Positions 11,007-20,221 of a stretch of DNA of 64,000 nucleotides are shown here, one piece after another. The notes beneath the pieces were generated by a model. It ran no database searches. It saw only the letters and a list, made by a program, of their open reading frames with translations, and was not told the DNA's origin. A program made the translations under genes and the position numbers. Numbering within the stretch: the stretch's first letter is position 1; each line of letters starts with the position of its first letter. Source of the DNA: Acidobacteriota bacterium (GTDB lineage Bacteria; Acidobacteriota; UBA890; WLXD01); NCBI GenBank assembly GCA_965205505.1, contig CBDBHB010000009.1:3103851-3167850 (forward strand), in the 5' to 3' direction.

Positions 11007-11040
11007 GCGCCCCGACGCCCGGGTTCGGCGGGGCGCTTTT
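11007..11040 (+). terminator. Putative intrinsic terminator
   Basis: GCGCCCCG...CGGGGCGC stem followed by TTTT, downstream of the GFA gene. Confidence 0.6.
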
Positions 11041-11168
11041 CTCATTGGGCGAGGTCTGCGAGCTCGCCGTGTGCCGGCTCGCCCTCCATCAGCGTCAGTA
11101 TCACCTGCGCGTCCGAAAATCACGCCGACACACTCAGGGGCCAGTCCGCAACGCGAGGAGAACGTAGC

Positions 11169-11242
11169 ATGAAGATGCAGGAGCTTCTGAAACCGACGTC
11201 ATCCAACCGGAGTTCCAGTATCCCTGGGCCGAGCGAACCTGA
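11169..11242 (+). pseudogene. SpdH-like relic: RBS and ATG AAG joined to the degenerate last ~20 codons
   Basis: GAGGAG-N8-ATGAAG is followed by CAGGAGCTTCTG..ACCGACGTCATC..CCGGAGTTCCAGTATCCCTGGGCCGAGCGAACCTGA (QELL/TDVI/PEFQYPWAERT*). Confidence 0.8.
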
Positions 11243-11325
11243 TCCGCGTATCCGGAACGTCGACTTGAGGCGACCCGACACTGGTTGCTAAATTCGCGCA
11301 GCCTCCAAGAAGAGAATCGCGGGAC

Positions 11326-12108
11326 ATGACGTGGACGAAGCACCGTTGTTGGCTCTGGCTGTTGGCCTGCGTCTCGCTGATCGCAGCTGCGGGCCCGGCC
11401 GAGCGGGGGCAGAATCCGTACGCCGCCGCGAGCGACGTCGCCGCCGGCGAGCAGTTGTTCTTGAGGAATTGTTCGTCGTGCCACGGTGGGAACGCCACCG
11501 GAGGACGAGGGCCTAACCTCCGACGTCGCCCGTACCGCAACGGCAACGAGGACGCGCAGGTCTTCTCGATCATCCAGAACGGGCTGCCCGGGATGCCCTG
11601 GAATGGCCTCAACGACAGGAGCGTGTGGAGAATTGTCGCCTATCTGCGTTCATTGAGCAGCGGTGTGGTAGAGGTTGCCGGTAATCCGACTCGGGGGCGC
11701 GATTTGTTCTACGGCAGAGCCGACTGCGCCTTGTGTCACATGGTGAACGGTGCAGGCGGCCGCCAGGGACCGGATCTGAGTTGGGTGGGATGGCGACTCG
11801 CCCCCGATGCTCTGCGCACGGCGCTCTTGGAGCCTGGCGCCGAAGTGGAGCCGCGATGGTGGAGAGCTGCCGTCTCCACCCGGACCGGTCAGCAAATCGA
11901 CGGCTACATAATCGACGAGGATCAGTTCACGATTCGTCTCCTCGACGGCAACGACGGGTTGCATGCCCTCAGAAAGCGCGACCTGAATCGACTCGACCGG
12001 AAACTCGACTCACTGATGCCAGCCTTCGGCCGGCTGCTGACCGACGACGAGCTCACCGACGTCATCGCGTACCTAGCCGGCCTCAACGGAGCGGAGAGCG
12101 GTCCATGA
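11326..12108 (+). CDS. Diheme c-type cytochrome with signal peptide
   Basis: CSSCH and CALCH motifs; GPDL; SLMP axial Met motif; stop overlaps the next ATG. Confidence 0.85.
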   Translation: MTWTKHRCWLWLLACVSLIAAAGPAERGQNPYAAASDVAAGEQLFLRNCSSCHGGNATGGRGPNLRRRPYRNGNEDAQVFSIIQNGLPGMPWNGLNDRSVWRIVAYLRSLSSGVVEVAGNPTRGRDLFYGRADCALCHMVNGAGGRQGPDLSWVGWRLAPDALRTALLEPGAEVEPRWWRAAVSTRTGQQIDGYIIDEDQFTIRLLDGNDGLHALRKRDLNRLDRKLDSLMPAFGRLLTDDELTDVIAYLAGLNGAESGP

Positions 12109-13778
12109 GATCCCGCGGCGCGACCCTTTTGCTGGGTTCGGGGTTGCTGGGGTTGGGTTTGTTCATGGTGGTTGTTGCGTTCTCGCTACATGAAGGGGCT
12201 ACCGCTGCTGCGGCACAAGCACCAGGCGCAGCAGCTCCGGTGACTGCCGAGCGCCTCGAGCGGGCGGCCGATGAGCCACACAACTGGCTGATGTATACGG
12301 GCTCGTACGCCAGCAATCAGTACAGCGCGCTGGCACAGATCGACCGCGACAACATCGCCAACATGCGCGTCGAGTGGGTTCACCAGTTCCGCACGCTGTC
12401 GACCGTCGAGACTTCCCCCGTCGTGGCGGATGGGCTGATGGTCATCACCGAATCGCCGAGCAACGTGATCGCCCTCGACGCGGCCACAGGCCGACCCTAC
12501 TGGAAGTACACGCACCCCGTGCCCAAGAAGCTCACCATGTGCTGCGGCCTGAACAACAGGGGCGTCGCCATACTCGGCGATTCAGTCTACGTCGGCACCG
12601 TCGACGGACGGCTGCTGGCGCTCGATCTCAAGACCGGGAGCGTGATCTGGAACGCTGAGGTCGCCCGTCCCGACGCCGGGTACAGCATCACTGCTGCGCC
12701 ATTGATCGTGAAGAACAAGGTCATCACCGGCGTGGCCGGCGGCGAGTATGGCATTCGAGGCTTTCTGGATGCCTACGACGCCAAAACCGGTGAACGCCTG
12801 TGGCGTTTCTACACGATCCCGGGCGAAGGCGAAGTTGGCAACGACTCTTGGGGCGGCGACTCCTGGCGGCGTGGCGGCGCCCCGACCTGGTTGACGGGAT
12901 CGTACGACCCCGAGCTCGACCTGCTTTATTGGGGAACCGGCAACCCGAGCCCGGATTGGAATGGCGACGTCCGACCGGGTGACAACCTCTACGCCAACAG
13001 CGTCGTCGCTCTCGATCCCGAAAGCGGACAGCTTCGCTGGCACCACCAGTTCACGCCACACGACACCCACGATTGGGATGCTAACCAGACCATGGTGCTG
13101 ATGGATGCAACCGTCGACGGCGCCCCGCGCAAGCTGCTGCTGACCGCCAACCGGAACGGCTTCTACTATGTCATCGACCGCGAGAGCGGCGAGTTCCTTC
13201 GGGCCAGGGCCTACGCCAAGCAAACTTGGGCGTCAGGCATCGATGAGCAGGGTCGGCCGATTCTCATTCCCGGCCTCGAACCCAACGAAGAGGGTGTGCT
13301 CGTTTACCCGGGCTGGACGGGCGGCACCAACTGGTGGTCGCCTAGCTACAGTCGCAGCTCGGGTCTGTTCTACGTGCGGTCCATCGACGCCGCCGACGTG
13401 TACTACAAGCGCGAGGAAGAATACATCGAGGGTGATCTGTACTACGGCGGCACCACTGAGGCGGCCGACCACATGGAGAACGTCACGGCTGCGATTCGCG
13501 CCCTCGATCCGTTGACCGGTGACCTGCGATGGGAGTATCCGATCACTCCTTCAGTCTCCTTCGGTGCTGGAATTCTGACGACGGCAGGCGGTCTGCTGTT
13601 CTCCGGCACCGTCGACGGGTATCTATTCGCCCTCGACGATCGCACCGGTGACGTCCTCTGGCACCTCAGCGCCGGCGGAACCGCGCACGCCGCCCCCATG
13701 ACTTACAGCGTCGAGGGCCGCCAGTTCATCAGCGTCGCGGTGCAGAACTCGCTACTTACCTTCGCGCTCCCAGAGTAA
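12105..13778 (+). CDS. PQQ-dependent dehydrogenase, methanol/ethanol family
   Basis: Vicinal CC (MCCGLNNRG), GGEYGIRG, WGTGNP, TPHDTHDWDA and beta-propeller W motifs. Confidence 0.9.
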   Translation: MRSRGATLLLGSGLLGLGLFMVVVAFSLHEGATAAAAQAPGAAAPVTAERLERAADEPHNWLMYTGSYASNQYSALAQIDRDNIANMRVEWVHQFRTLSTVETSPVVADGLMVITESPSNVIALDAATGRPYWKYTHPVPKKLTMCCGLNNRGVAILGDSVYVGTVDGRLLALDLKTGSVIWNAEVARPDAGYSITAAPLIVKNKVITGVAGGEYGIRGFLDAYDAKTGERLWRFYTIPGEGEVGNDSWGGDSWRRGGAPTWLTGSYDPELDLLYWGTGNPSPDWNGDVRPGDNLYANSVVALDPESGQLRWHHQFTPHDTHDWDANQTMVLMDATVDGAPRKLLLTANRNGFYYVIDRESGEFLRARAYAKQTWASGIDEQGRPILIPGLEPNEEGVLVYPGWTGGTNWWSPSYSRSSGLFYVRSIDAADVYYKREEEYIEGDLYYGGTTEAADHMENVTAAIRALDPLTGDLRWEYPITPSVSFGAGILTTAGGLLFSGTVDGYLFALDDRTGDVLWHLSAGGTAHAAPMTYSVEGRQFISVAVQNSLLTFALPE

Positions 13779-13801
13779 GCCGGACGCTGCCCGAGGCCGA
13801 G

Positions 13802-14176
13802 ATGACCACGAATCCACCGGGCGCTTCGCGCAACGCTGACCTTCAGCTTCGGCGAGAAAATCTCGATTCCCCAGCAGTGCAGAAGCTCTTCGCCGCCCTG
13901 AACGCCGAAGTCTCGAAGCGCTATCCGGAGGAAGGTGATAGTCACTTCCGACTCGACGCGGAGGAGATCGTGGACGGTAGCGGAATCGGAGGCGAGTTGC
14001 TGCGTTCGCTCGAAGCAGAGGCGCACGATCTGGCCGTGCACCGCATCCTGCCGGAGTCCGGCAAGCGCCAGGATGCCGCCCTGGCCATGTACGAGCGGGC
14101 CGGATTCCGGCGTGTCGCCAGGTTCGGCGAGTACGCTACCTCGGCACTCAGCGTGTGTCTGGCGAAAGACATCTGA
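13802..14176 (+). pseudogene. GNAT acetyltransferase, apparently missing its central region
   Basis: C-terminal GIGGELL...Q.AALAMYERAGF motif is present; the usual beta2-beta4 segment before motif A is absent. Confidence 0.5.
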
Positions 14177-14192
14177 CGATAGGAGCTGCGCC

Positions 14193-16385
14193 ATGATCGA
14201 AATCGGGTTCACGAGTCAATTGAGCTTCGCCGCCGTATCGCGCACGGCGCTGCCGCGGCGGGTCCTTAGCAGCGTCCTTTCCGTCGCCGTGCTGGCCGTC
14301 CTGACATCGGGCTGTGTCGCAAGCACGGCGAGCACAGATGCGGATGCCGATCGATCGGAGCAAGTCGACGCTCTGTTCAGCCGCTTCACGGACGGGGCTC
14401 AGCCCGGCGTGGCGGTAATGGTGATCCGGGATGGTGAGGTCGTCCACGAGGCCGGCTACGGCTACGCAGACGTCGAAGGGCAGGTTCTGCTGGCACCCGA
14501 TACCGGGGTACGGCTGGGATCGGTCACCAAACAGTTCGTCTGCATGACGGTGATGATCCTGGCCGAGCGCGGACTGCTCGATTATGACGATCCGGTCAGC
14601 AAGTACGTTCCGGAGATCTCCGAACGTTATGGCGACGAGATCACGGTGCGGAACTTGATGAACCACACCGGTGGGCTGCCCAACTACTACCCGGCATTGG
14701 ACGAGTACGTGCCCGACCGCACGCCGAACAACGAAGATGGTGCGGCGGCCTATGCGCGCTGGGGAGAGCCGGTATTTCCATCCGGAGATCGGTACGAGTA
14801 CAGCAACTCCGGATACGAGATCCTGGCCCTCATTGTGCAGCGCGTAGCCGGTGAGCCCTTCGCCGATTTCATCGCAGCGAAGGTCTTCGAGCCGCTGGGG
14901 ATGGCCGGCGCGATCGCCTGGGACGACGCGGCCAAGGTGATTCCCAACCGTTCCTTCGGCTATTCGCCCACCGAGGGCAGCTTCGAGCTCAACGACGACC
15001 ACCGCATGAACTTCATGATGGGTGCCGGAGGCATCTACGCCAGCCTGCAGGACATGTATCGGTGGGACCAGGCCCTGTATACCGAACAGCTGGTGAGCAA
15101 GGCGACACTGAAGCAGGCGTTCACCCCCGCACTGGCGCGTTTCGAAGACATCGGGTATGGCTTCGGCTGGCGCATCGGTGCGTACCAGGGCCACCGACGC
15201 ATCTCCCACGGCGGCAGTTGGGTCGGCTTTCGCACCGCCATCGCGCGCCATCCCGATGCCCAGTTCAGCATCGTCCTGCTGTCCAACCGCGCCGATTTCG
15301 ACAGCAGCGAGTTTATCGATCCGATTACCGACATCTACCTCGATCCGCTCAGCGCCGAGGAGCGGGTCGACAACATTCTGGGCTTCATAGACAGAGCCGC
15401 CCAGCCTGGAGCGGCGGTGCTTGTCGCACGAGACGGCGAGATCCTCTACAGCGGCGGGTACGGCCTTGCCGAGGTGGCCGACAGCATCCCGATCGACGCC
15501 GATACGAACTTCCGGCTGGGCTCGGTGTCGAAGCAATTCGTGGGGATGGCGGTCATGATCCTGGCAAAGGACGGCAGGCTGGGACTCGACGACTCGATCG
15601 CCGAGCATCTCCCCGAGCTGCGGCGGTTCTCCGACATCACCATCCGCCACTTGCTGGTACATACCGGCGGACTGCCCGAGTATTACGACGAGATCGAGCG
15701 GCGCTTCTCCGGGCAGCGGCCCGGCAACGAGGAGGCTGTTTCGGTGCTCGCCGACTGGGGCGAGCCGCTCTTTGAGCCAGGTGAGCGGCACCAGTACAGC
15801 AACCCGGGCTATGACACGCTCGCTGGCCTCGTAGCACGCGTGTCGGGGCAGCCGTTCAGTGAGTTCGTCGACGAACGCATCTTCACCCCGCTGGGCATGA
15901 CCCGATCATTCGTTCCCGACTACGCCGGCAGCTGGCCGTCGGGGCCCGACGATACGCTGCCGCAGATCGACAACCGCGCCATCGGTCACTCCCGAACCGG
16001 TGCCGGTTTCGAGGTCGATGACGACCACATGCTGAACTCGATCGTCGGTGCCGGCGGTGTCTTCTCCACGGTGGCGGATCTACTCCGCTGGGACCAGGCG
16101 CTCTACACGGACCGGCTGGTGAGCCACGCTGCCCTCGACGAAGCGTTTACCTCCGGCGTACTCAACGACGGCAGCACGTTCGGCTACGGCTTCGGCTGGG
16201 GTGTCGACTCGCATCGCGGCCATCGACGGATCTCGCACGGTGGTGCCTGGGTGGGGTTCCGGACGGTGATCGTTCGCTACCCGGAAATCCGCTTGACCGT
16301 GATTGTCCTGACCAATCTGTCCACACGCAATCCGAGCACCCTGGCCGACGAGATCGCCGTGTCGTTCTTCGAGCCAACGGATTGA
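14193..16385 (+). CDS. Serine hydrolase with two tandem beta-lactamase-family (class C-like) domains, probable lipoprotein
   Basis: LTSGC lipobox; two sets of GSVTK/GSVSK, HTGG, YSN and HGG.WVGF motifs. Confidence 0.85.
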   Translation: MIEIGFTSQLSFAAVSRTALPRRVLSSVLSVAVLAVLTSGCVASTASTDADADRSEQVDALFSRFTDGAQPGVAVMVIRDGEVVHEAGYGYADVEGQVLLAPDTGVRLGSVTKQFVCMTVMILAERGLLDYDDPVSKYVPEISERYGDEITVRNLMNHTGGLPNYYPALDEYVPDRTPNNEDGAAAYARWGEPVFPSGDRYEYSNSGYEILALIVQRVAGEPFADFIAAKVFEPLGMAGAIAWDDAAKVIPNRSFGYSPTEGSFELNDDHRMNFMMGAGGIYASLQDMYRWDQALYTEQLVSKATLKQAFTPALARFEDIGYGFGWRIGAYQGHRRISHGGSWVGFRTAIARHPDAQFSIVLLSNRADFDSSEFIDPITDIYLDPLSAEERVDNILGFIDRAAQPGAAVLVARDGEILYSGGYGLAEVADSIPIDADTNFRLGSVSKQFVGMAVMILAKDGRLGLDDSIAEHLPELRRFSDITIRHLLVHTGGLPEYYDEIERRFSGQRPGNEEAVSVLADWGEPLFEPGERHQYSNPGYDTLAGLVARVSGQPFSEFVDERIFTPLGMTRSFVPDYAGSWPSGPDDTLPQIDNRAIGHSRTGAGFEVDDDHMLNSIVGAGGVFSTVADLLRWDQALYTDRLVSHAALDEAFTSGVLNDGSTFGYGFGWGVDSHRGHRRISHGGAWVGFRTVIVRYPEIRLTVIVLTNLSTRNPSTLADEIAVSFFEPTD

Positions 16386-16407
16386 CCGCGCGAGAGGAGC
16401 GCTTTCG

Positions 16408-17172
16408 ATGCGAGGTTTGAGGGGGAAGAACGTCCTGGTCACCGGCGGCGCCAGCGGTATTGGGCAGGCCACCGCGAACCGCTTTCTGGAGGAGGGCTGC
16501 GCGGTTTGTGTGCTCGATCGCAGCGCTGAGGCACGCGAGCGGGTGGCCGGGGAGCTACCTACGCTGGCGGGCGTGATCGACGCAGATGTCTCGCAGCTCG
16601 AGCAGGTGCAAGCAGCGTTCAAGGAGGCCATCGAGCGCATGGGGTCGGTAGACGTGCTGATCAACAACGCCGGGATCAGCATCCGGCACGACTTCCTCGA
16701 GATTACTCCCGAGGAGTGGGACGAGGTGTTGGGGGTCAACCTGAAGGGCGTTTTCCTGGTGGCACAGACGGCGGCACGCCACATGATGGAACGGGGCTCG
16801 GGGGTGATTCTGAACACCGCTTCGACCGGCGGAAGCACCGGCTACCCGCACTACGCCGACTACAACGCCAGTAAGGGCGGAGTGATCGCGCTGACCCAGT
16901 CGATGGCGCTCGAGCTTGCCCCGAAGGTTCGCGTCTGCGCCATATCACCGGGCTACGTGCTGACACCCATGCAGCGCGCCGAGTACAGCGACGCCATGTT
17001 CGATGCGGTCAACCGCAAGATCCCGTCCGGCCGCCACGCGAAGCCCGAGGAAATCGCCGCTCTGTTCGCCTTTCTCGCCTCGGAGGACGCGGCGTTCACT
17101 ACGGGCCACGTGTACGTGGTGGACGGTGCCGAGACCACCGGCGGTCTCTGTAGCCAGTGGAGCCACGATTAG
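16408..17172 (+). CDS. SDR family oxidoreductase
   Basis: TGGASGIG, NNAG, YNASK. Confidence 0.92.
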   Translation: MRGLRGKNVLVTGGASGIGQATANRFLEEGCAVCVLDRSAEARERVAGELPTLAGVIDADVSQLEQVQAAFKEAIERMGSVDVLINNAGISIRHDFLEITPEEWDEVLGVNLKGVFLVAQTAARHMMERGSGVILNTASTGGSTGYPHYADYNASKGGVIALTQSMALELAPKVRVCAISPGYVLTPMQRAEYSDAMFDAVNRKIPSGRHAKPEEIAALFAFLASEDAAFTTGHVYVVDGAETTGGLCSQWSHD

Positions 17173-17181
17173 TTGCCCGCC

Positions 17182-18339
17182 ATGTACGAGGATCCGATGA
17201 GCGAGGGACAAGCCATCGAGGACCCGACCGGCGGCCGGGACTGGACTCGCCGAAAGCTGCTGATGTCGGCTGCTGGAGTGGCGATCGTCGCTCCGTTCCT
17301 CCGCGGACGGCGAGCCAGCACCGAAGCGCCTTACATCATCCGCTACACCTCGCACGTGCCGCGCTCGCATGGCCTCTACACCGAGGGCTTCGTCCCTTTC
17401 CAGAAGTTGGTCGAGGAGGAGATGGGAGATCGCCTTCTCCTGGAGGGCTACATGGACAAGCTGCTCCATGGTGCCCTGGACGGGTTCAAGGCCTCGGTGA
17501 CTGGCATCTCCGACTACACGCACGGTTACGCCGGATACCAGCCCGGTAGTTTCCATCTACTGCACGCGCTGCAGTTACCGTTCCTGTTTGCCAGCCCGCC
17601 CGTCGGCTCGCTGGTGGCCGAGGAGCTCTACCCGAAGCATTTCAAAGCCGAGTACGAGCGCATGGGCGTGTATCTGGCCCACTACGACACCACCAGTCCC
17701 TACAACATCATCTCCAAACTACCGATTCGCACGCTCGAGGACATGCAGGGCATCAAAATGCGCGTCACTGGAGGGCTGACTGCACAGGTCTTCGCGGAGC
17801 TCGGGGTGGTCCCGGTGGTGATGGCGGCGGGCGAGACCTACACGGCGTTTCAGCGCGGCATTCTGGATGCCGTGGCGCTCGGGGCGCCCGACATGGCGAC
17901 CTACCGTCTCTACGAGATCGGGCGTGCCTTCACGCGCGTGGACGTCAACATGCTAGCGCTGCAATACTGCCTGAATCGACAGACCTTCGATGCCCTGCCC
18001 CCCGATATCAAGCACGACTTCTACCGGCTACTGCGAATCCGCAGCCAGATGGCCTGTCAGAACTACTACTCGGGCCCCCGCGCCGATCGCGCCATGACAA
18101 CCATCCTGGATGCAGGGGTAGAGCTGATCGAGCTATCGGAAGACGAGACCCAGCGCTGGCGACAGCGACTGGTACCGCTCAAGGAGCGCTTCATTGCCGA
18201 GAACGAGGCCCTGGGGCTGCCTGCGAGGGAAGTCGTGGACGATCTCGAGCAGCTGGCGGCACAGTACGCCCACCTTACCAACGCAGAGATCCTGCAACGT
18301 GTGACCGAGCATCCGGTGGAATGGATCATTGATTTCTGA
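17182..18339 (+). CDS. dctP: TRAP transporter substrate-binding protein (DctP family), Tat-like leader
   Basis: TRRKLL leader; LPFLF, EDMQGIKMRV, ETYTAFQRGILD; operonic with the small and large permeases. Confidence 0.85.
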   Translation: MYEDPMSEGQAIEDPTGGRDWTRRKLLMSAAGVAIVAPFLRGRRASTEAPYIIRYTSHVPRSHGLYTEGFVPFQKLVEEEMGDRLLLEGYMDKLLHGALDGFKASVTGISDYTHGYAGYQPGSFHLLHALQLPFLFASPPVGSLVAEELYPKHFKAEYERMGVYLAHYDTTSPYNIISKLPIRTLEDMQGIKMRVTGGLTAQVFAELGVVPVVMAAGETYTAFQRGILDAVALGAPDMATYRLYEIGRAFTRVDVNMLALQYCLNRQTFDALPPDIKHDFYRLLRIRSQMACQNYYSGPRADRAMTTILDAGVELIELSEDETQRWRQRLVPLKERFIAENEALGLPAREVVDDLEQLAAQYAHLTNAEILQRVTEHPVEWIIDF

Positions 18340-18360
18340 CGGCGTGCTGGGAGCGATCCG

Positions 18361-18867
18361 ATGCTCGAATTGACCGATCGCTGGTCGGCTCGCGCCTCGC
18401 TGTGGCTGTATCGGCTCGGCGTGTACGGTGGGCTGCCGGCGCTGGTGGCGCTCGTTACCGTCGACGTGTTGCTGCGCTACCTGTTCAACGCCCCGCTACG
18501 CTGGAGCCGCGACGCCAACGGGCTGCTGCTGTTGGTCTCACTCTTCGGCGCCCTGCCTCACGCTTGGGATCGGGGCTTTCACATCCGCATGGAGCTGGTT
18601 CATTCGCGGCTGGAAGGGCGGCGGCGACAGCTCGCCGATCTGCTATCGGCGCTCTCGGGCATCATCGTCTTCGGTGCGTTGGCAGCACAAAGTACTCGGT
18701 TCGTTCCCTACATGGCCGCCACCTGGGAAACCGGCGAGGACCTGATGTTGCCGCTGTGGCCTTTCATGGGGTTCATGGGTGTCTGCAGCTTGGTGTTCGT
18801 GGGGCGGCTGCTGTCTAATCCCGAGGGCAAGCCGACCGATGGGGAGGCGGACAGCGATTGGATGTAA
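18361..18867 (+). CDS. dctQ: TRAP transporter small permease (DctQ family)
   Basis: Four hydrophobic segments; DVLLRYLFNAPL.W and HIRMEL. Confidence 0.85.
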   Translation: MLELTDRWSARASLWLYRLGVYGGLPALVALVTVDVLLRYLFNAPLRWSRDANGLLLLVSLFGALPHAWDRGFHIRMELVHSRLEGRRRQLADLLSALSGIIVFGALAAQSTRFVPYMAATWETGEDLMLPLWPFMGFMGVCSLVFVGRLLSNPEGKPTDGEADSDWM

Positions 18868-20159
18868 CGATCGTCGGCTTGCTCGGGATCGCGCTCCTCC
18901 TCACTCTGCTGATCGTAGGAGTGCCGATCGCCCTGGCCATGGCAGTGACCGGCGTCGTCGGGCTGTGGGTTCTCGAAGGGGCATCGGCCACCCTCGCTCA
19001 TGTCGCCCTGATCCCTTGGGACGAGGGGCGCAGCTTCGTGATCGTGACGATCCCACTCTTCGTGCTCATGGGCCAACTGGTGTTCCATACCGGCCTCGCT
19101 GCCGACCTCTATGATGGCGTGCAGAAGTGGATCGGCAGAGTGCCGGGTGGCCTGGCGATTACCTCCGTGCTGGCGTGCGCCGGCTTCGGCGCCGTGACCG
19201 GATCGAGCATTGCCACGGTCGCCACCATGGGCTCGATCGTCATGCCCGAGATGCGACGACACGGCTACGACGCTCGGCTTGCCACCGGGGCGCTGGCAGC
19301 ATCAGGGACCCTCGGGATCCTGATTCCGCCGAGTGTCATCTTCATCTTCTATGGCGTGATGACGGAGACTTCGATCGGCGCGCTGTTCATCGCCGGTATT
19401 GTCCCCGGCATCCTCACCGCCCTGACGTTCTCGGCGATCATCTTGGTCCGCTGCGCGCTGCGGCCCGAGCTGGGGCCCAAGGGTCCCCCCTCGACCTGGC
19501 AGGAGCGGTTGCGGGCGGTCAACCGAGTGGCGCCGATTGGCAGCCTGTTTGTTCTAGTGATCGGCGGAATCTACGCTGGAATCTTCACGCCTACCGAGGC
19601 TGCCGGCATCGGATGCATGGGCGTAGTTGTCGCGGCCGCGTTGCTCCGCAAGCTGACCCTGACGGCACTTTCGCGCGGTCTCTGCAGTACGGCGCTCATA
19701 GCCTCGATGATCTTCGCCATCATCATGGGCGGCTACCTCATGGCCCGCTTTCTGGCAGTCACCGGGCTGACCCAGGACATCGTCAGCTTTCTCGTCGATA
19801 TGCAGCTCGGGCGGGTGTCGTTTCTGCTGTTGTTGGTCGTGCTGTTCCTGATCCTGGGGGCGATGCTCGACGTCTTCGGCATGCTCGTGCTCACCATCCC
19901 GTTCGTCGTGCCTGTGATTGAGGAGCTCGGCATCGACCTCATCTGGTTCGGGGTCTTCGCCGTGATCATGGCCGAGCTTGCCTTGGTAACTCCGCCGATC
20001 GGGGCAAACGTCTTTGTCATGCGCCGTGTAGCGCCCGAGGTGCCAATGGGCGACATCTTTCTCGGTGTCGCGCCGTTCGTTGCTGGCGTCTTGGGGGTGC
20101 TCGCGTTGTTGATCGCGTTCCCGGAGTTGGCGCTGTGGCTACCGCGGCAGATGGGGTGA
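18861..20159 (+). CDS. dctM: TRAP transporter large permease (DctM family)
   Basis: IPLFVLMG, GTLGILIPPS, FTPTEA, TPPIG. Confidence 0.92.
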   Translation, partial: DVTIVGLLGIALLLTLLIVGVPIALAMAVTGVVGLWVLEGASATLAHVALIPWDEGRSFVIVTIPLFVLMGQLVFHTGLAADLYDGVQKWIGRVPGGLAITSVLACAGFGAVTGSSIATVATMGSIVMPEMRRHGYDARLATGALAASGTLGILIPPSVIFIFYGVMTETSIGALFIAGIVPGILTALTFSAIILVRCALRPELGPKGPPSTWQERLRAVNRVAPIGSLFVLVIGGIYAGIFTPTEAAGIGCMGVVVAAALLRKLTLTALSRGLCSTALIASMIFAIIMGGYLMARFLAVTGLTQDIVSFLVDMQLGRVSFLLLLVVLFLILGAMLDVFGMLVLTIPFVVPVIEELGIDLIWFGVFAVIMAELALVTPPIGANVFVMRRVAPEVPMGDIFLGVAPFVAGVLGVLALLIAFPELALWLPRQMG

Positions 20160-20221
20160 TTGCGCGCGCCGCCGGGACCGTAAGAAGGATCCCTCAGGCA
20201 GCCCCACGGCCCTCCGGTAGC

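Noticed and set aside
14193-16385. Clinical beta-lactamase
   Set aside because: The motifs only place it in the broad serine hydrolase family, and the context is catabolic.
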